The notes: generated by a model from the sequence alone, not told the origin. 64,000 nucleotides of DNA from Candidatus Heimdallarchaeota archaeon (GCA_020353515.1 CP070695.1:756957-820956), one strand, 5' to 3'. Counted from the first letter of the stretch, positions 39,422 to 49,866 are shown. Numbers and translations: made by a program.

Positions 39422-41947
39422 TTAAAAGAGATCATCATCCAAATCTTCATTACTTTCTGGCATTTTCCCAAATTTCTGCATGAATTGTTGAAGTAACTCA
39501 CTCTCTTTCTTTGTGTACATAGGATCTTCTTCAAAACCAAAGAATTGGGCTTTTTCATTAGTGTTCAGCTGCTCTGTCAATGCTTGACAAAGATGGGGAG
39601 TTCCTTGAATGAAAATTATGTGCTTATCTTCATCAAGAAGCTGAAAAGCACCTTCAATATCTGGAACTTTCTGAATATTTTCAAGTGTAAATTCTTGCCA
39701 TTTTTCTGGTGGTAGATGTATTGGTGAAAAGTGCAAACGACTATCACATCTGAGACATCGTTTCGCTTCCTCCATCGCTAAACTTTCATTCAGGCCTAGT
39801 TCTATTTCGTTAAAACTAGTAGTACGGTCATTGAGGGGTAAACATGGCATCTGAACCCTGGAATTGTCAAAGAAATCCTCATCTTGACCTAACCAAGGAT
39901 TTGAAGTATCTTGCTCAGTTAATTCTTCTTCAATATTACCGTTGCCTCCCAAATATTTATCGATGGATATTGCGGCGTTACGTCCCATTTCAATAGCTTC
40001 TACAACTGATAAGGGCCCCTTTATCACTTCTCCCCCTGCAAAAATTCCTGCAACATTTGTAGAAAGATCTCCATCATTCACATTGATTAATCCTGATGGC
40101 GTTATTTGAACTGATATTTCTTCTCCTAAAATAAATAAATCAGGACTTTGACCTATTGCCATAATTACCATGTCAGTTTCAACAGTCTTTAGTTTTGAAT
40201 CATCAAAAGTTGGATTGAATCTCCCTTTCTCATCAAAAACATTTGTACACTGAACTAGTTCCGCTTTTTCTACTTTATCCGTACCAATAATTTTATTGGG
40301 GCCCCATGAACAATGAATAGTAATATTTTCATCTAATACTTCTTGAATCTCCCATTCATGAGCAGGCATCTCTTCTCGTGATTCAAGACACGCTACTTGG
40401 ACTTCACTAGCACCTAACCTGAGTGCAATTAATGCAACATCCATTGCAACCCCACCACCTCCAATAACTAGAACTTTTTCTTCAACTTGTACTTCCTTTC
40501 CTTTTGTTACATCCTTTAAGAATTCTAATCCCCAAAGAACTCCTTTAAGTTCTACTCCTTCGATTTTAATTTTCTTAGCTTGTTGTGCTCCAATAGATAT
40601 AAAAATTGCTTCATATTCTCTTTGTAGATCATTAATAGTTAATTCAAGTCCCACTGAAACATTAGTTTTGAATTTAACTCCCGCATCACTTATATGTTTA
40701 AGATCCTTGTCAAATATTTCTCGTGGTAATCGATATTCTGGAATCCCTTGCCTTAGCATTCCTCCTAATTCTGAGCTTTCATCAAAAACAACAGTAGAGT
40801 GGCCATTTCTAGCTAAATAATAGGCTGTTGTGAGTCCTGTAGGGCCTGAACCAATTATAGCTACTTTTTTTCCAGTAGCTGGGGCTATCGTAACCTTTGA
40901 TTGCCATATTCCTGTATCATGCTCTAAAGCAAAACGCTTTAGTGCACAAATTGCAATTGGGTCATTCAACTGACCCCGACGGCATTCTGTTTCACAAACA
41001 TGAAAACAAACCCTTCCAAGGACAGAGGGAAGAGGAGTTTTCTCTCGAATCACTGCAGCAGCTTCTCCAAACTTACCTTCTGCAATCAATCTAATATAGC
41101 GGGGAACATCAGTTCCTAATGGACAGGTGTTACGGCAAGGAACAAGTGCATTTTCACGTTCAGCCCATAAAATATCTTTGTCAGAAAGAGCTCCTGTAGG
41201 ACATACTTCAACACATGCTCCACAAAATTTACATCCTGATTCTTTAAGTGTTTGTTTGATACTGCCTACGATCGTTTCACCATTTGAAAAAACAAATCCA
41301 AGGGCATTAACACCCCGAATATCCTGACAAACTCTGGCACAACGAGTACATCCTATACACAATTCAAAATTTCGTGTGAATAGGGGTTCGTTATCAAGAA
41401 TTTGAATTCCTTGAGGTTTATAGCGTGGAGTATCGTCTCTTATCCCCACATATTCTGCTACTCTTTGTAATTCACACCTCCCAAACTCTGGACAACATCG
41501 TTCCTCCACAGGAACATTTGTGGAGCATGGTTCACGACTGCACCCTTCCTTTTGAGCACAAGTTAAGCAAGCATGTGGGTGGTTGGCAAGTATTTTCATC
41601 ATTCTTTCTTGTCTAAAATCGTGAATTTCTGGTAAATCAGTCTTAATAGTCATATTCTCTTGAATCATTGTGTTACATGATGTTACGAGTTCTTCAATAC
41701 CTTCTATTTTGACTACACACAGTTGACATCCTTCATGTGTTTGCGATGCCAATGAATTATCATTATTATATTGAGTATCGCCCTGATATATTGATTCTAC
41801 TGATTTTAAGTCTTGAGATGGTGGCAAATCAGGATGAGAACAAAGCCTAGGAATATAGATATCAGCTGCCTGTGCAGCCTCTAGGATTGTTATTCCTTTC
41901 TTCGTTTCAATTTTTGTATCATTGATAGTAATTGATGTTATTTCCAT
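39422..41947 (-). CDS. bzdV: BzdV-like NAD(P)H:ferredoxin oxidoreductase (2Fe-2S + 4Fe-4S + GltD-type FAD module + extra C-terminal domain)
   Basis: IPRLC...CQLCVV, HPHACLTC, two CxxCxxCxxxC, PCRNTCP, GSGPTGL, GGGGVAMD, RCLRC; operon context. Confidence 0.8.
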   Translation of the reverse strand: MEITSITINDTKIETKKGITILEAAQAADIYIPRLCSHPDLPPSQDLKSVESIYQGDTQYNNDNSLASQTHEGCQLCVVKIEGIEELVTSCNTMIQENMTIKTDLPEIHDFRQERMMKILANHPHACLTCAQKEGCSREPCSTNVPVEERCCPEFGRCELQRVAEYVGIRDDTPRYKPQGIQILDNEPLFTRNFELCIGCTRCARVCQDIRGVNALGFVFSNGETIVGSIKQTLKESGCKFCGACVEVCPTGALSDKDILWAERENALVPCRNTCPLGTDVPRYIRLIAEGKFGEAAAVIREKTPLPSVLGRVCFHVCETECRRGQLNDPIAICALKRFALEHDTGIWQSKVTIAPATGKKVAIIGSGPTGLTTAYYLARNGHSTVVFDESSELGGMLRQGIPEYRLPREIFDKDLKHISDAGVKFKTNVSVGLELTINDLQREYEAIFISIGAQQAKKIKIEGVELKGVLWGLEFLKDVTKGKEVQVEEKVLVIGGGGVAMDVALIALRLGASEVQVACLESREEMPAHEWEIQEVLDENITIHCSWGPNKIIGTDKVEKAELVQCTNVFDEKGRFNPTFDDSKLKTVETDMVIMAIGQSPDLFILGEEISVQITPSGLINVNDGDLSTNVAGIFAGGEVIKGPLSVVEAIEMGRNAAISIDKYLGGNGNIEEELTEQDTSNPWLGQDEDFFDNSRVQMPCLPLNDRTTSFNEIELGLNESLAMEEAKRCLRCDSRLHFSPIHLPPEKWQEFTLENIQKVPDIEGAFQLLDEDKHIIFIQGTPHLCQALTEQLNTNEKAQFFGFEEDPMYTKKESELLQQFMQKFGKMPESNEDLDDDLF

Positions 41948-42026
41948 CTTTAGATTCTCCCAAGAGATGATATATCCACGGGATTAAATTTAAATCAAAT
42001 TTTCCTAATTTACGAGGAATTTTGAC

Positions 42027-42314
42027 TTACCAAGAGTGGGTTAAGGCCCCTGGTTCACAGGTTTGAACACAAGGTAGTGCTATTGGTTCACCAGTTGGTT
42101 TACATGGAGCACAAGAATATTTGATCTTCTTACGATGTTCCTCAGTAACCTTGGCAACAAGTTCTTCTGCTAAAGGATCCAGTTCATTTTCTACAACTTC
42201 GAGAACACCCTCGGGGCAAACCTCAACGCATTTACTACAACCATCACACAGATCTGTGTCTACAGTGATGTAGTATTCTCCTGAACCATCTTTATATCCG
42301 TAATTAGCTTTCAT
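42027..42314 (-). CDS. bzdM: Benzoyl-CoA reductase-associated ferredoxin
   Basis: ANYGYKDGSGEYYITVDTDLCDGCSKCVEVCP...CAPCKP...PCVQTC. Confidence 0.85.
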   Translation of the reverse strand: MKANYGYKDGSGEYYITVDTDLCDGCSKCVEVCPEGVLEVVENELDPLAEELVAKVTEEHRKKIKYSCAPCKPTGEPIALPCVQTCEPGALTHSW

Positions 42315-42357
42315 TTCTCGATCTTTCCATAATTTAGCTTGAATAAAAACAAAAACA

Positions 42358-43242
42358 TTAACCAGCTTTCTTACGAGCTTTTTCTACTAATGCTTTCCCG
42401 AACAACGCACCCCCAATCGCACCCGCGAGTTGTGGATCAACCTTTGGTTCAGGAGCAGTAATCTTTAATTCTTTTTCAATACGAGAAACAACACCAATAT
42501 TTTTAGCAATACCCCCAGTTATTGCAAAATCATTTTCTACTCCAAGGCGTTCTAAAAGAGTTACAACTCTATGAGCCATTGCGCCACAATAGGCAGCTAA
42601 CACTCTCTCTTTGGTCCATCCTTTTCGAAGTAACGCTACTGCTTCAGATTTGGCAAAAACAACACATGTACTGCTTACTGGCTCTGGTTCATCATCTACT
42701 ATAGACATTTTTCCAACATCATTGATATGTACTTGCAATAAATCGGCAAAAACTTCCATTCCTCTTCCTGTTCCTGCTGCACATTTATCATTCATGAGGA
42801 ATGCAGTAACTTTACCACGATGATCACAGCGAATTGCTTTGCAATCTTGCCCACCCATATCGAGAACTGTTCTGATTGAGGGTCCATACATGAAATTAGC
42901 TCCTCTTGCATGACAAGCGATTTCAGTAATGGCTCGCTTTGCAAACGGAACATTTACACGTCCATAACCAGTTCCCACAGCGTACTCTATTTTATCTAAA
43001 TCAAGTCCAGTTTCTTCAAGTGCCCAATTCATAGATCTATTGGCACTATCTGGACTATCACTTCCAGTTCTCATGTTTGCATAGCAATAGAGCTTTCCGT
43101 CAACCATGACCACTGATTGCGTACTGACTGATCCAACATCAACCCCAGCTGATATAATATCACCATCTCTCCAATCTAAATCTGGGTTTGTCCAGCGTGA
43201 TTCAGTCCATCTCCAATATTCAGTACTTTCTGAGTTTGACAT
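42358..43242 (-). CDS. bzdQ: Benzoyl-CoA reductase, bzd-type, subunit Q (ATP-binding)
   Basis: EYWRWTE N-terminal extension, GVDVGSVS, TGYGRV, DMGGQD, MNDKCAAGTG. Confidence 0.92.
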   Translation of the reverse strand: MSNSESTEYWRWTESRWTNPDLDWRDGDIISAGVDVGSVSTQSVVMVDGKLYCYANMRTGSDSPDSANRSMNWALEETGLDLDKIEYAVGTGYGRVNVPFAKRAITEIACHARGANFMYGPSIRTVLDMGGQDCKAIRCDHRGKVTAFLMNDKCAAGTGRGMEVFADLLQVHINDVGKMSIVDDEPEPVSSTCVVFAKSEAVALLRKGWTKERVLAAYCGAMAHRVVTLLERLGVENDFAITGGIAKNIGVVSRIEKELKITAPEPKVDPQLAGAIGGALFGKALVEKARKKAG

Positions 43243-43246
43243 TGTC

Positions 43247-44032
43247 TTATCCTCCTAATCTATCCTGTGCAGTAAGCGCTGCACCATAAGCACTCACGAA
43301 TTCAGGTGCAATGGGATCTTTTGGTACAAAGATCTCACAATCAAGGTTTCGTTTCATTGAATCGACAAAACCAATATTATTCGCGACACCCCCAACAAGA
43401 GCCACATCCTGTTCAATACCAACTCTACGAGCCATACTTGTAATTCTATCTGCTATTGCATCATGTACAGCACGTACAATGTCTTCCTTCGGGGTTTTTT
43501 GATGTATCAATGATACTACCTCTGACTCAGCAAAAATAGTGCATTGTGCATTCATTGGGACTGGTTTTGTGGACTTTAATGAAAGATCTCCCATTTCTTC
43601 GATATCTAGTTCCAAAGCTCTTGCCATCGCTTCAGTAAATGCCCCAGCTCCAGCTGCACATTTCTCATTGATACCGAAATCAACAACTTTTCCTTCTTCA
43701 TTAAGCCGGATAGCTCTACCCTCTTCTGCACCAACATCGATCACAGTTCGAACAGATGGGAAGATTGTTGATATCCCCTTTGCATTTGCACTAATTTCAG
43801 TTACGGTATCATTTGCGTGGGTAGCTGCATCCATTCCTGCACCTGTAGCTGTTAAATGTTCAATATCATCTTTTGTGATTCCAGCTTCTGTTAATGCTTT
43901 ATTTAATGCTTGCTCCTCGGACGCTTTCTGATCAAATCCACTCGGGGCTGAAGAAATTGCTAAAATTTCTCCATTTTTTAAAATAATCGCTTTTGTGTTT
44001 TTGGCTCCAAAATCCATACCTATTGCTACCAT
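43247..44032 (-). CDS. bzdP: Benzoyl-CoA reductase, bzd-type, subunit P (ATP-binding)
   Basis: GMDFGA, ATGAG, DVGAEEGR, NEKCAAGAG, NAQCTIFAESE. Confidence 0.9.
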   Translation of the reverse strand: MVAIGMDFGAKNTKAIILKNGEILAISSAPSGFDQKASEEQALNKALTEAGITKDDIEHLTATGAGMDAATHANDTVTEISANAKGISTIFPSVRTVIDVGAEEGRAIRLNEEGKVVDFGINEKCAAGAGAFTEAMARALELDIEEMGDLSLKSTKPVPMNAQCTIFAESEVVSLIHQKTPKEDIVRAVHDAIADRITSMARRVGIEQDVALVGGVANNIGFVDSMKRNLDCEIFVPKDPIAPEFVSAYGAALTAQDRLGG

Positions 44033-44052
44033 ATGATTTCACCTTGGTTTTA

Positions 44053-45366
44053 TTACTCCGCTACTAACTCTATTCCAAGAGACTCCATAAAAGCGTCAAT
44101 TCGTGTCATTGTCTTAGTTAAATCAAATTCTCTTTCGTCTCCCATGTTACCCTCAAATGGCATTACAGGAAACCCAGCTTTTTGAATTGCTAAACGATTT
44201 TCTGCAATTCCAAGGCTTAATCCTTCACATCCTCTATTAAAGTGTAGAAGAACTCCATTTAGCTTCCATTCACGAGCGATTCTAATCATCATTTCTGATT
44301 TTAATTGCGGATGATAGAAATGCTGCCACTCTGGCTTACTCAGGTTCCATTCAGCAAGAGCCCTAAGAGCTTCGTCTCGATTAGTAATCTCAATTTCAGG
44401 AATAGCCCTTGGTCCCCATGTCCCATCTTCTTGATCTTCCCAAAGTCCAATTAGAGAAAATGTGTAAAGACTACCAACTGAAACAACACCATATTTCTCA
44501 AGATAGCGAAAAACCTTTAAAAACGCCCAAGGAGGTTGTGTATCAGTCATAATACGACATTGTTCATTACCAACAGCAGCTACTCCTCGTTCCACACGAT
44601 CTTTCACTTCTGGATAAAGATCTTTCTCATAAAAGTCAGCAGTCCATTGGGCTGATTTTCTTAATGTACCAAAAACATAGAGAGAATACATGGTCTTTTC
44701 GTCTAATGGTGCTGGAATTGATTTATTTAGAGCACAAATTGCTGCCCAATAATGACAACTCCGAAACTCATTCTGTACTGCTTTGATGAGGAGTTCATCA
44801 TCATATTCTCGGCCTGTTACGTTTTCAAGCCATTTAATACCGTCGTGCATTTGGCCAACAATATAATTGAGTCTACTATCAGTCAGTTCTTCGTAGGGAC
44901 CTACTGAAACATCAATACTATACATTGGAATCCCTCCTTCTAGATCACTAGCTACTTGATACCATTTTGAATGCGAACAACAAATATGATCCTGCCAGAT
45001 AAAATCTGGCTTCGGGAATTCCTCGGAAAATTGGGGCCATGCATATTTGTTAAGAATGATCGAACCCCAATAATTCCGCATATATGAGCAAAGATCACGG
45101 GCAAATCCCTTCGTTTCAATGGCTTCTTGACATTCTAACGCGAAATCTTTGTTTGCTGCAATGGTTGCTCCATATGGTTCACCAGTCAAAGACCATACAT
45201 CGTCACCCAAACCTGAAGGAATGGCATCAAAAGACCACGCGCCTCCTGCCCATCGTATTCCTCCTTTTTCATGAGCTTCTGCAAAATCTTTGTAATAATT
45301 CTCTCGAAGAGATTTGGCTTTTCCCCAACACTTTAGTCGTTCTGTAGGGTATTTAGTTGAACTCAT
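44053..45366 (-). CDS. bzdO: Benzoyl-CoA reductase, bzd-type, subunit O
   Basis: [44 protein letters not shown]. Confidence 0.92.
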   Translation of the reverse strand: MSSTKYPTERLKCWGKAKSLRENYYKDFAEAHEKGGIRWAGGAWSFDAIPSGLGDDVWSLTGEPYGATIAANKDFALECQEAIETKGFARDLCSYMRNYWGSIILNKYAWPQFSEEFPKPDFIWQDHICCSHSKWYQVASDLEGGIPMYSIDVSVGPYEELTDSRLNYIVGQMHDGIKWLENVTGREYDDELLIKAVQNEFRSCHYWAAICALNKSIPAPLDEKTMYSLYVFGTLRKSAQWTADFYEKDLYPEVKDRVERGVAAVGNEQCRIMTDTQPPWAFLKVFRYLEKYGVVSVGSLYTFSLIGLWEDQEDGTWGPRAIPEIEITNRDEALRALAEWNLSKPEWQHFYHPQLKSEMMIRIAREWKLNGVLLHFNRGCEGLSLGIAENRLAIQKAGFPVMPFEGNMGDEREFDLTKTMTRIDAFMESLGIELVAE

Positions 45367-45377
45367 TATTATTCCTC

Positions 45378-46541
45378 CTAAAATAAGTCCTCCTCTCTGA
45401 TAATTTCAAGAAAAGCCTCCACCCGCGTCTTAAATTGACCAATTGGTACTGTGACATCTAATTCAAGGAACAAAGTTGAAAGACCATTTTTTTCTAAGGT
45501 CTCTTTTATGATTGGAATGTCCAGCTCATGTGGATCACAAAATTTCTGTTGGATCAAAATAGCTCCTTGAACATCATAATCTTTAGCCATTTTTACAATA
45601 TGATCAAGCCTCGTTCGCTGGGGCCAATCCTTGCTAGGACATGAAACCCTTTTTACATATCGTTCAGCTATTGCCGTTAACGGATCACCTGTTGGATTTA
45701 CTTCTTCTTGAAAGTATCGGGTTCCAGTACAGTGATCATCAGTCACAAATGTCGCTCCTAGATTTTCAACCATTGATATAAATTCAGTATCATCATCTTC
45801 TGAACCTAAGATCATAAGTCGTTCACCTGAATCCCCAATGTTTCTGGAAGGAAGATTTTGTAGAAGTGATTTCAGTGCCTTGTTATGATCACGTTTTTCT
45901 GTAGTCTGACTTGATACAACCATATACATCGCCTCAAGTCCAGTCAATGGTGGATTACTACCCTTTCTTAGTTCATATACTTGGTTCATAAGACGTCTAT
46001 TAGTATTCATGATCTCAATTCCACGTTTGAGATCTTCTTCAGTAATAGTTCGACCTATCCATTCTTCAACAGATGCTTTGAACTTAACAAGCTCTTCTCT
46101 TAAATAGGGGATGGCATGGGGACTTTGAACGTTCATTGGATGAGGTAAATAATAACTGTAATCTGTAGGGATATGAATATCCCAGCTTGTATAAGCCTGT
46201 CTAATATGTAGACAGCTTTGAGCGATCATAATTCCATTTAGATAATCAAAACGTCCTTTTAGTCCCTGTGCTAGGCAATCTCGGCAAAATGGACAAAACA
46301 TTGCAAAAATGTGCGGCTCCGTCACATCTTGTGGTTCATGACTACCTAAAATGCGAACTGGAAGTATGTCAGCGGCGTATAGTATCTCTTCGGGGACATA
46401 GGTACAAAAATAGCCCATCACTTTTCCCCCAGTACGCTCTTTCCATTCTAAAGCATAATCATGTCGATTCTTGTACCAATCCCTGAATTGATCAAATAAT
46501 TCTTTTTCTTCTTTGTGTACGAGTTCCATCAAATTGAACAC
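45378..46541 (-). CDS. bzdN: Benzoyl-CoA reductase, bzd-type, subunit N
   Basis: [53 protein letters not shown]. Confidence 0.92.
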   Translation of the reverse strand: MFNLMELVHKEEKELFDQFRDWYKNRHDYALEWKERTGGKVMGYFCTYVPEEILYAADILPVRILGSHEPQDVTEPHIFAMFCPFCRDCLAQGLKGRFDYLNGIMIAQSCLHIRQAYTSWDIHIPTDYSYYLPHPMNVQSPHAIPYLREELVKFKASVEEWIGRTITEEDLKRGIEIMNTNRRLMNQVYELRKGSNPPLTGLEAMYMVVSSQTTEKRDHNKALKSLLQNLPSRNIGDSGERLMILGSEDDDTEFISMVENLGATFVTDDHCTGTRYFQEEVNPTGDPLTAIAERYVKRVSCPSKDWPQRTRLDHIVKMAKDYDVQGAILIQQKFCDPHELDIPIIKETLEKNGLSTLFLELDVTVPIGQFKTRVEAFLEIIREEDLF

Positions 46542-46572
46542 CTTTTATTATACCAATAGGTTGCTCTTATTC

Positions 46573-47034
46573 TTATAATTTCTTCATCAGTGTAATAAAA
46601 TTGCTCTTGGTCATTTCCAAGGTTCTAAAAAACTCTAATAGATCACTAGAAGTCCACTTAACAGATGTATAAACAGTTTTGACTTCTTGTGATTTAAATT
46701 CTTCAAGTAACTTTTCTCCGAGTTTTTTCCCTACCCCTTTTGCTGTGTGTGAGGGATCCACGCCCAGAATTTCGATCCATCCTCCATTTTCAATGCCAAA
46801 CAACCAAGGATGCACTGTTCCAATCATAAATCCAACAACTTGGCCTTGGATTTCCGCAACGAGACAAATACTGTTATTTTTCAAATAATGTTCTATTTCT
46901 GATCTCCACATATCGGGTCTATTGAATCCAGATATTTTCTTATCAAGATCAGTGATTTCAGAAATGTCTTCCTCTCTCATATCTCGGATATTGATTATTT
47001 CTTCAAAACTCATCTTGACCATCCTTATTATCAT
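46573..47034 (-). CDS. GNAT N-acetyltransferase
   Basis: IRDM, CLVAE...VVGF, ILGVDP...AKGVGKKL, FFRTLEM. Confidence 0.88.
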   Translation of the reverse strand: MIIRMVKMSFEEIINIRDMREEDISEITDLDKKISGFNRPDMWRSEIEHYLKNNSICLVAEIQGQVVGFMIGTVHPWLFGIENGGWIEILGVDPSHTAKGVGKKLGEKLLEEFKSQEVKTVYTSVKWTSSDLLEFFRTLEMTKSNFITLMKKL

Positions 47035-47040
47035 AGTACG

Positions 47041-47235
47041 TTACTGTTTCTTTTCCAGTCTTGAAACACGAATAATTTTTACTCGTTTCCCTATCCAGCT
47101 CTTCGGTAAATACACACGACCCGTATTTCCACTTTGTTTCACTTCTCGATCAAGCATTTCAAATCCAATGACTTTAAATTCTGAAGGTTGGTCTTCAACT
47201 GCTTCAGTCATAATGTTCACTGTATTTTCTCCCAC
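47041..47235 (-). CDS. DUF2080-family (AbrB-like swapped-hairpin) small protein heading the bzd operon
   Basis: REVKQSGNTGRVYLPKSWIGKRVKIIR. Confidence 0.8.
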   Translation of the reverse strand: MGENTVNIMTEAVEDQPSEFKVIGFEMLDREVKQSGNTGRVYLPKSWIGKRVKIIRVSRLEKKQ

Positions 47236-47293
47236 TTCGAGTTTTTTAACAGGTGTTTCTGGGATTATTGGAGCCTCCTAAATTCGAAATAGT

Positions 47294-47354
47294 TTGTAAG
47301 TGCTAGGGCCCTACATTGTTATAAATATTATAAATGTATTGTAAGTGCTGGGCC
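47294..47354 (-). promoter_or_regulatory. bzd operon promoter region: AT-rich TATA-like core flanked by direct repeats TTGTAAGTGCT(A)GGGCC
   Basis: Repeats at 47294-47310 and 47339-47354 bracket TACATTGTTATAAATATTATAAATGTA. Confidence 0.55.
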
Positions 47355-47486
47355 AAATTTAGTGGAGAGAGGTAGATATAATATGTATTTCAATTAGACT
47401 AGACTTTGTATGAATTCAGAAAAATTTTTTCGCAAAGAATGACTCTCCATTCGTTTCATGTGGCCACGATTCGTCGAATCGATGGC

Positions 47487-47862
47487 CAGATAAGGATTTT
47501 CCTCAATGGGCTATGGATATGGATTTTAAATGGATAGGTGTTGACTGCGGCAGTGCAGACCATCCGATGAATACAATAATACGTGATTGGCATCCCAAAT
47601 TATTCCTCGAAGCTGAAGAGAAATTGAAAGAAAATACACCGTAAAATCATGGGATGACATGTTTCCTCCTGATAAATTTTATCAAATTATGCACATCGTC
47701 TTATTTCCCAAAGGAGTGATTCATGCTGAGAATTTATGGATCCCCGATGACCCCCTACTGAAAAATAAGCGAATATGGATTGGTTGTTTCCCTCTTCGAG
47801 GAATTGAACTAGAGTCATCCATGTGTCGGATTGTTGCTTTTCCTGATGCTCCGTTGGATTAG
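47487..47862 (+). pseudogene. Cyclase (kynurenine formamidase-like) family gene remnant, 5'-truncated and frameshifted
   Basis: One frame gives PDKDFPQWAMDMDFKWIGVDCGSADHPMNTIIRDWHP...KLKENTP*; a shifted frame continues KSWDDMFPP...HIVLFPKGVIHAENL...CFPLRGIELESSMCRIVAF. Confidence 0.75.
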
Positions 47863-48021
47863 ATACCTTTATTTTCCCCTTTTTTTAATTCTAATTAAAT
47901 CATATTGAAATCAGTTCCTCTCCTTTTTATTTTGAGAAATATTTTTATCTTATCTCTCTGGAATCATTGATTAATCTTATTTTACATAGAAAACCATTTT
48001 GGAAAGTAAGACCAGAAATGG

Positions 48022-48528
48022 TTGGCAAATAAGGAACTGGAAGAAAGAATGACAAAATCCAACTTGAATAATGAAGAGAAGAAAACCAAAGAAAAAAGAA
48101 AACAAAAGGGATCGCTTGTAGTATCAAAAGATGAGTTCTTTCGATTACGGCCAGTTATGAGCCCATATGTTACTCAGAGAAAAAAGACAGAAGAGGATTT
48201 GTTACTAGAACTAGATCTTCGGGAGCTAAAAAAACGAAGCTTTCTTAAAAGGTTGTTTCCGACGCCAGATACTAAAAAGGTACAGCTAGATAAATTGGGG
48301 ATGGAAGTTTTCCTTTTATGTGATGGCAAACATAAGGTTAAAGATATCATCAAGATATTTCAAGAAAAATATCGTTTAACACCTACTGAAACTGAAATTT
48401 CCATAAAGAAATACTTAATGAGTCTTACGAAACGCCATCTCGTCGGATTTGTAATACCAGAAAAAATTGCTCAAAGAAATCTGTCCTCTGGAGAGGTTAT
48501 TGAAAATATAATACTAGAATCAGAATGA
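48022..48528 (+). CDS. Stand-alone PqqD-like / RiPP recognition element (RRE)-fold protein
   Basis: KKVQLDKLGMEVFLLCDGKHKVKDII...FQEKY...YLMSLTKRHLV fits the PqqD pattern (L-x-x-x-G-x-x-x-F/W-x-x-x-DG-x-x-x-V-x-x-I). Confidence 0.8.
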   Translation: MANKELEERMTKSNLNNEEKKTKEKRKQKGSLVVSKDEFFRLRPVMSPYVTQRKKTEEDLLLELDLRELKKRSFLKRLFPTPDTKKVQLDKLGMEVFLLCDGKHKVKDIIKIFQEKYRLTPTETEISIKKYLMSLTKRHLVGFVIPEKIAQRNLSSGEVIENIILESE

Positions 48529-48540
48529 TATTTAGAATTT

Positions 48541-49533
48541 TTAATTAGCTTCAATTGCTAATTTTGTCATTTTTTCTATTAGTTCTCGGATTCCTATTTC
48601 AATTTTTCTCTTCGTAAAGAAAATAATGCAATAAATGTCATTTTTCTTCAGATTTAACCATAAATAGGTTTCTAAGTGTGTATTTCTAAGATTAAATGGT
48701 ATTTTCTTCTCTAATGTGTGTTTATTCTTCCAAGTAACTTTTTTTTTCTTATAAATTAATTTCGTGAAATTTTCAGGATTATAATTTGAGGGGATTCCAG
48801 GAAGATGCTTTTTATAATAAGCTTTATACCAGTCAGGGATCTCTTCGATATCTGTAACTTTTTGATCAGCGAGACCAATACGATAAGCTAGAAAATTTAA
48901 TTCATCATTATAAAGATGAATAAAAGTTAAACCAATTAAAAAATCTTTTTTTTTCAGATTCATACTGAGATAGGGGGAATGAATTTGGAGATTAGGTGCT
49001 GTCCATACAGAAAACTGACTTTCAGGATGACAATTAATCTGGGAAATTATATTCATTATGCGAGGTTTTTCAATAGATTTTTCCTTTGTGGCAAATTGAG
49101 ATGGGCAAATAATTAATCTTTGAGTTTGATCACAGATCCATACTACAATATATCCTTGAATTCTTTCGTTTTCCAATTCCCAATAGATGTACTTTGCTTT
49201 ATGATCATTTACTTTTCTTTCGCCTTCAGTCCTTATTTTAATTTCTTTCTTTGATTTTTTTAAGGATTCAAAAAAATTTTTGATAACTTTAATCAAATCT
49301 GGAGGATTTTTGTCATATTTAGCCCAGCTGACCTCTAGTTTTTTCTCCTTAGCATCACGAAATCCAAAATAGCCTGTATTTTTGCTTTGTCTTTTTTTTC
49401 TTTTTTTTTCAAAAATCATTTGCCATCCAATTGGAACACTGATTAAGAAATATTGCCAACCAAATGCTTGAGTTTTCATCTTAATTCCATTGAGAAAATC
49501 AAAGGTATTTATAATAGTTACCTCAAAAATCAT
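48541..49533 (-). CDS. Hypothetical Lys-rich protein, possible PsbP/Mog1-like fold
   Basis: FLISVPIGW...LEVSW...VNDHKA...VWICDQTQRLII; convergent on the PqqD-like gene. Confidence 0.6.
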   Translation of the reverse strand: MIFEVTIINTFDFLNGIKMKTQAFGWQYFLISVPIGWQMIFEKKRKKRQSKNTGYFGFRDAKEKKLEVSWAKYDKNPPDLIKVIKNFFESLKKSKKEIKIRTEGERKVNDHKAKYIYWELENERIQGYIVVWICDQTQRLIICPSQFATKEKSIEKPRIMNIISQINCHPESQFSVWTAPNLQIHSPYLSMNLKKKDFLIGLTFIHLYNDELNFLAYRIGLADQKVTDIEEIPDWYKAYYKKHLPGIPSNYNPENFTKLIYKKKKVTWKNKHTLEKKIPFNLRNTHLETYLWLNLKKNDIYCIIFFTKRKIEIGIRELIEKMTKLAIEAN

Positions 49534-49866
49534 GATAGTGACACATTGATTTACTATTCTAAGTTATCATGCTTTTCATTTCCTTTACTATAATCGAAGT
49601 TGTCATCTCACAAAAAAAACTACACTAAAAGGGAAAAGCAGGATCTATTAACTCTATTGGCTTTTTTTCTCATTATATCTTTGCATTTTATATCATGTTA
49701 TTATAAAAAATAGGAAAAAGAACCTAATATTATCTAGGAAAGAAAGAGAAGTTATAATCATACAGATTCATTTTCAGAGAATAATTATTAAAGAAATTAA
49801 AAAAGCATTAACACTTAAATTAGGAAGTATTCATCTCGGCCACATTCAAATTTGAAGGAAAAATAT

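Noticed and set aside
47041-47235. DUF2080 as evidence of a transposon
   Set aside because: No transposase, terminal inverted repeats or target duplication nearby; it sits as an operon leader.
49388-49412. Long T runs
   Set aside because: Explained by Lys/Arg codons (EKKRKKR) on the minus strand.
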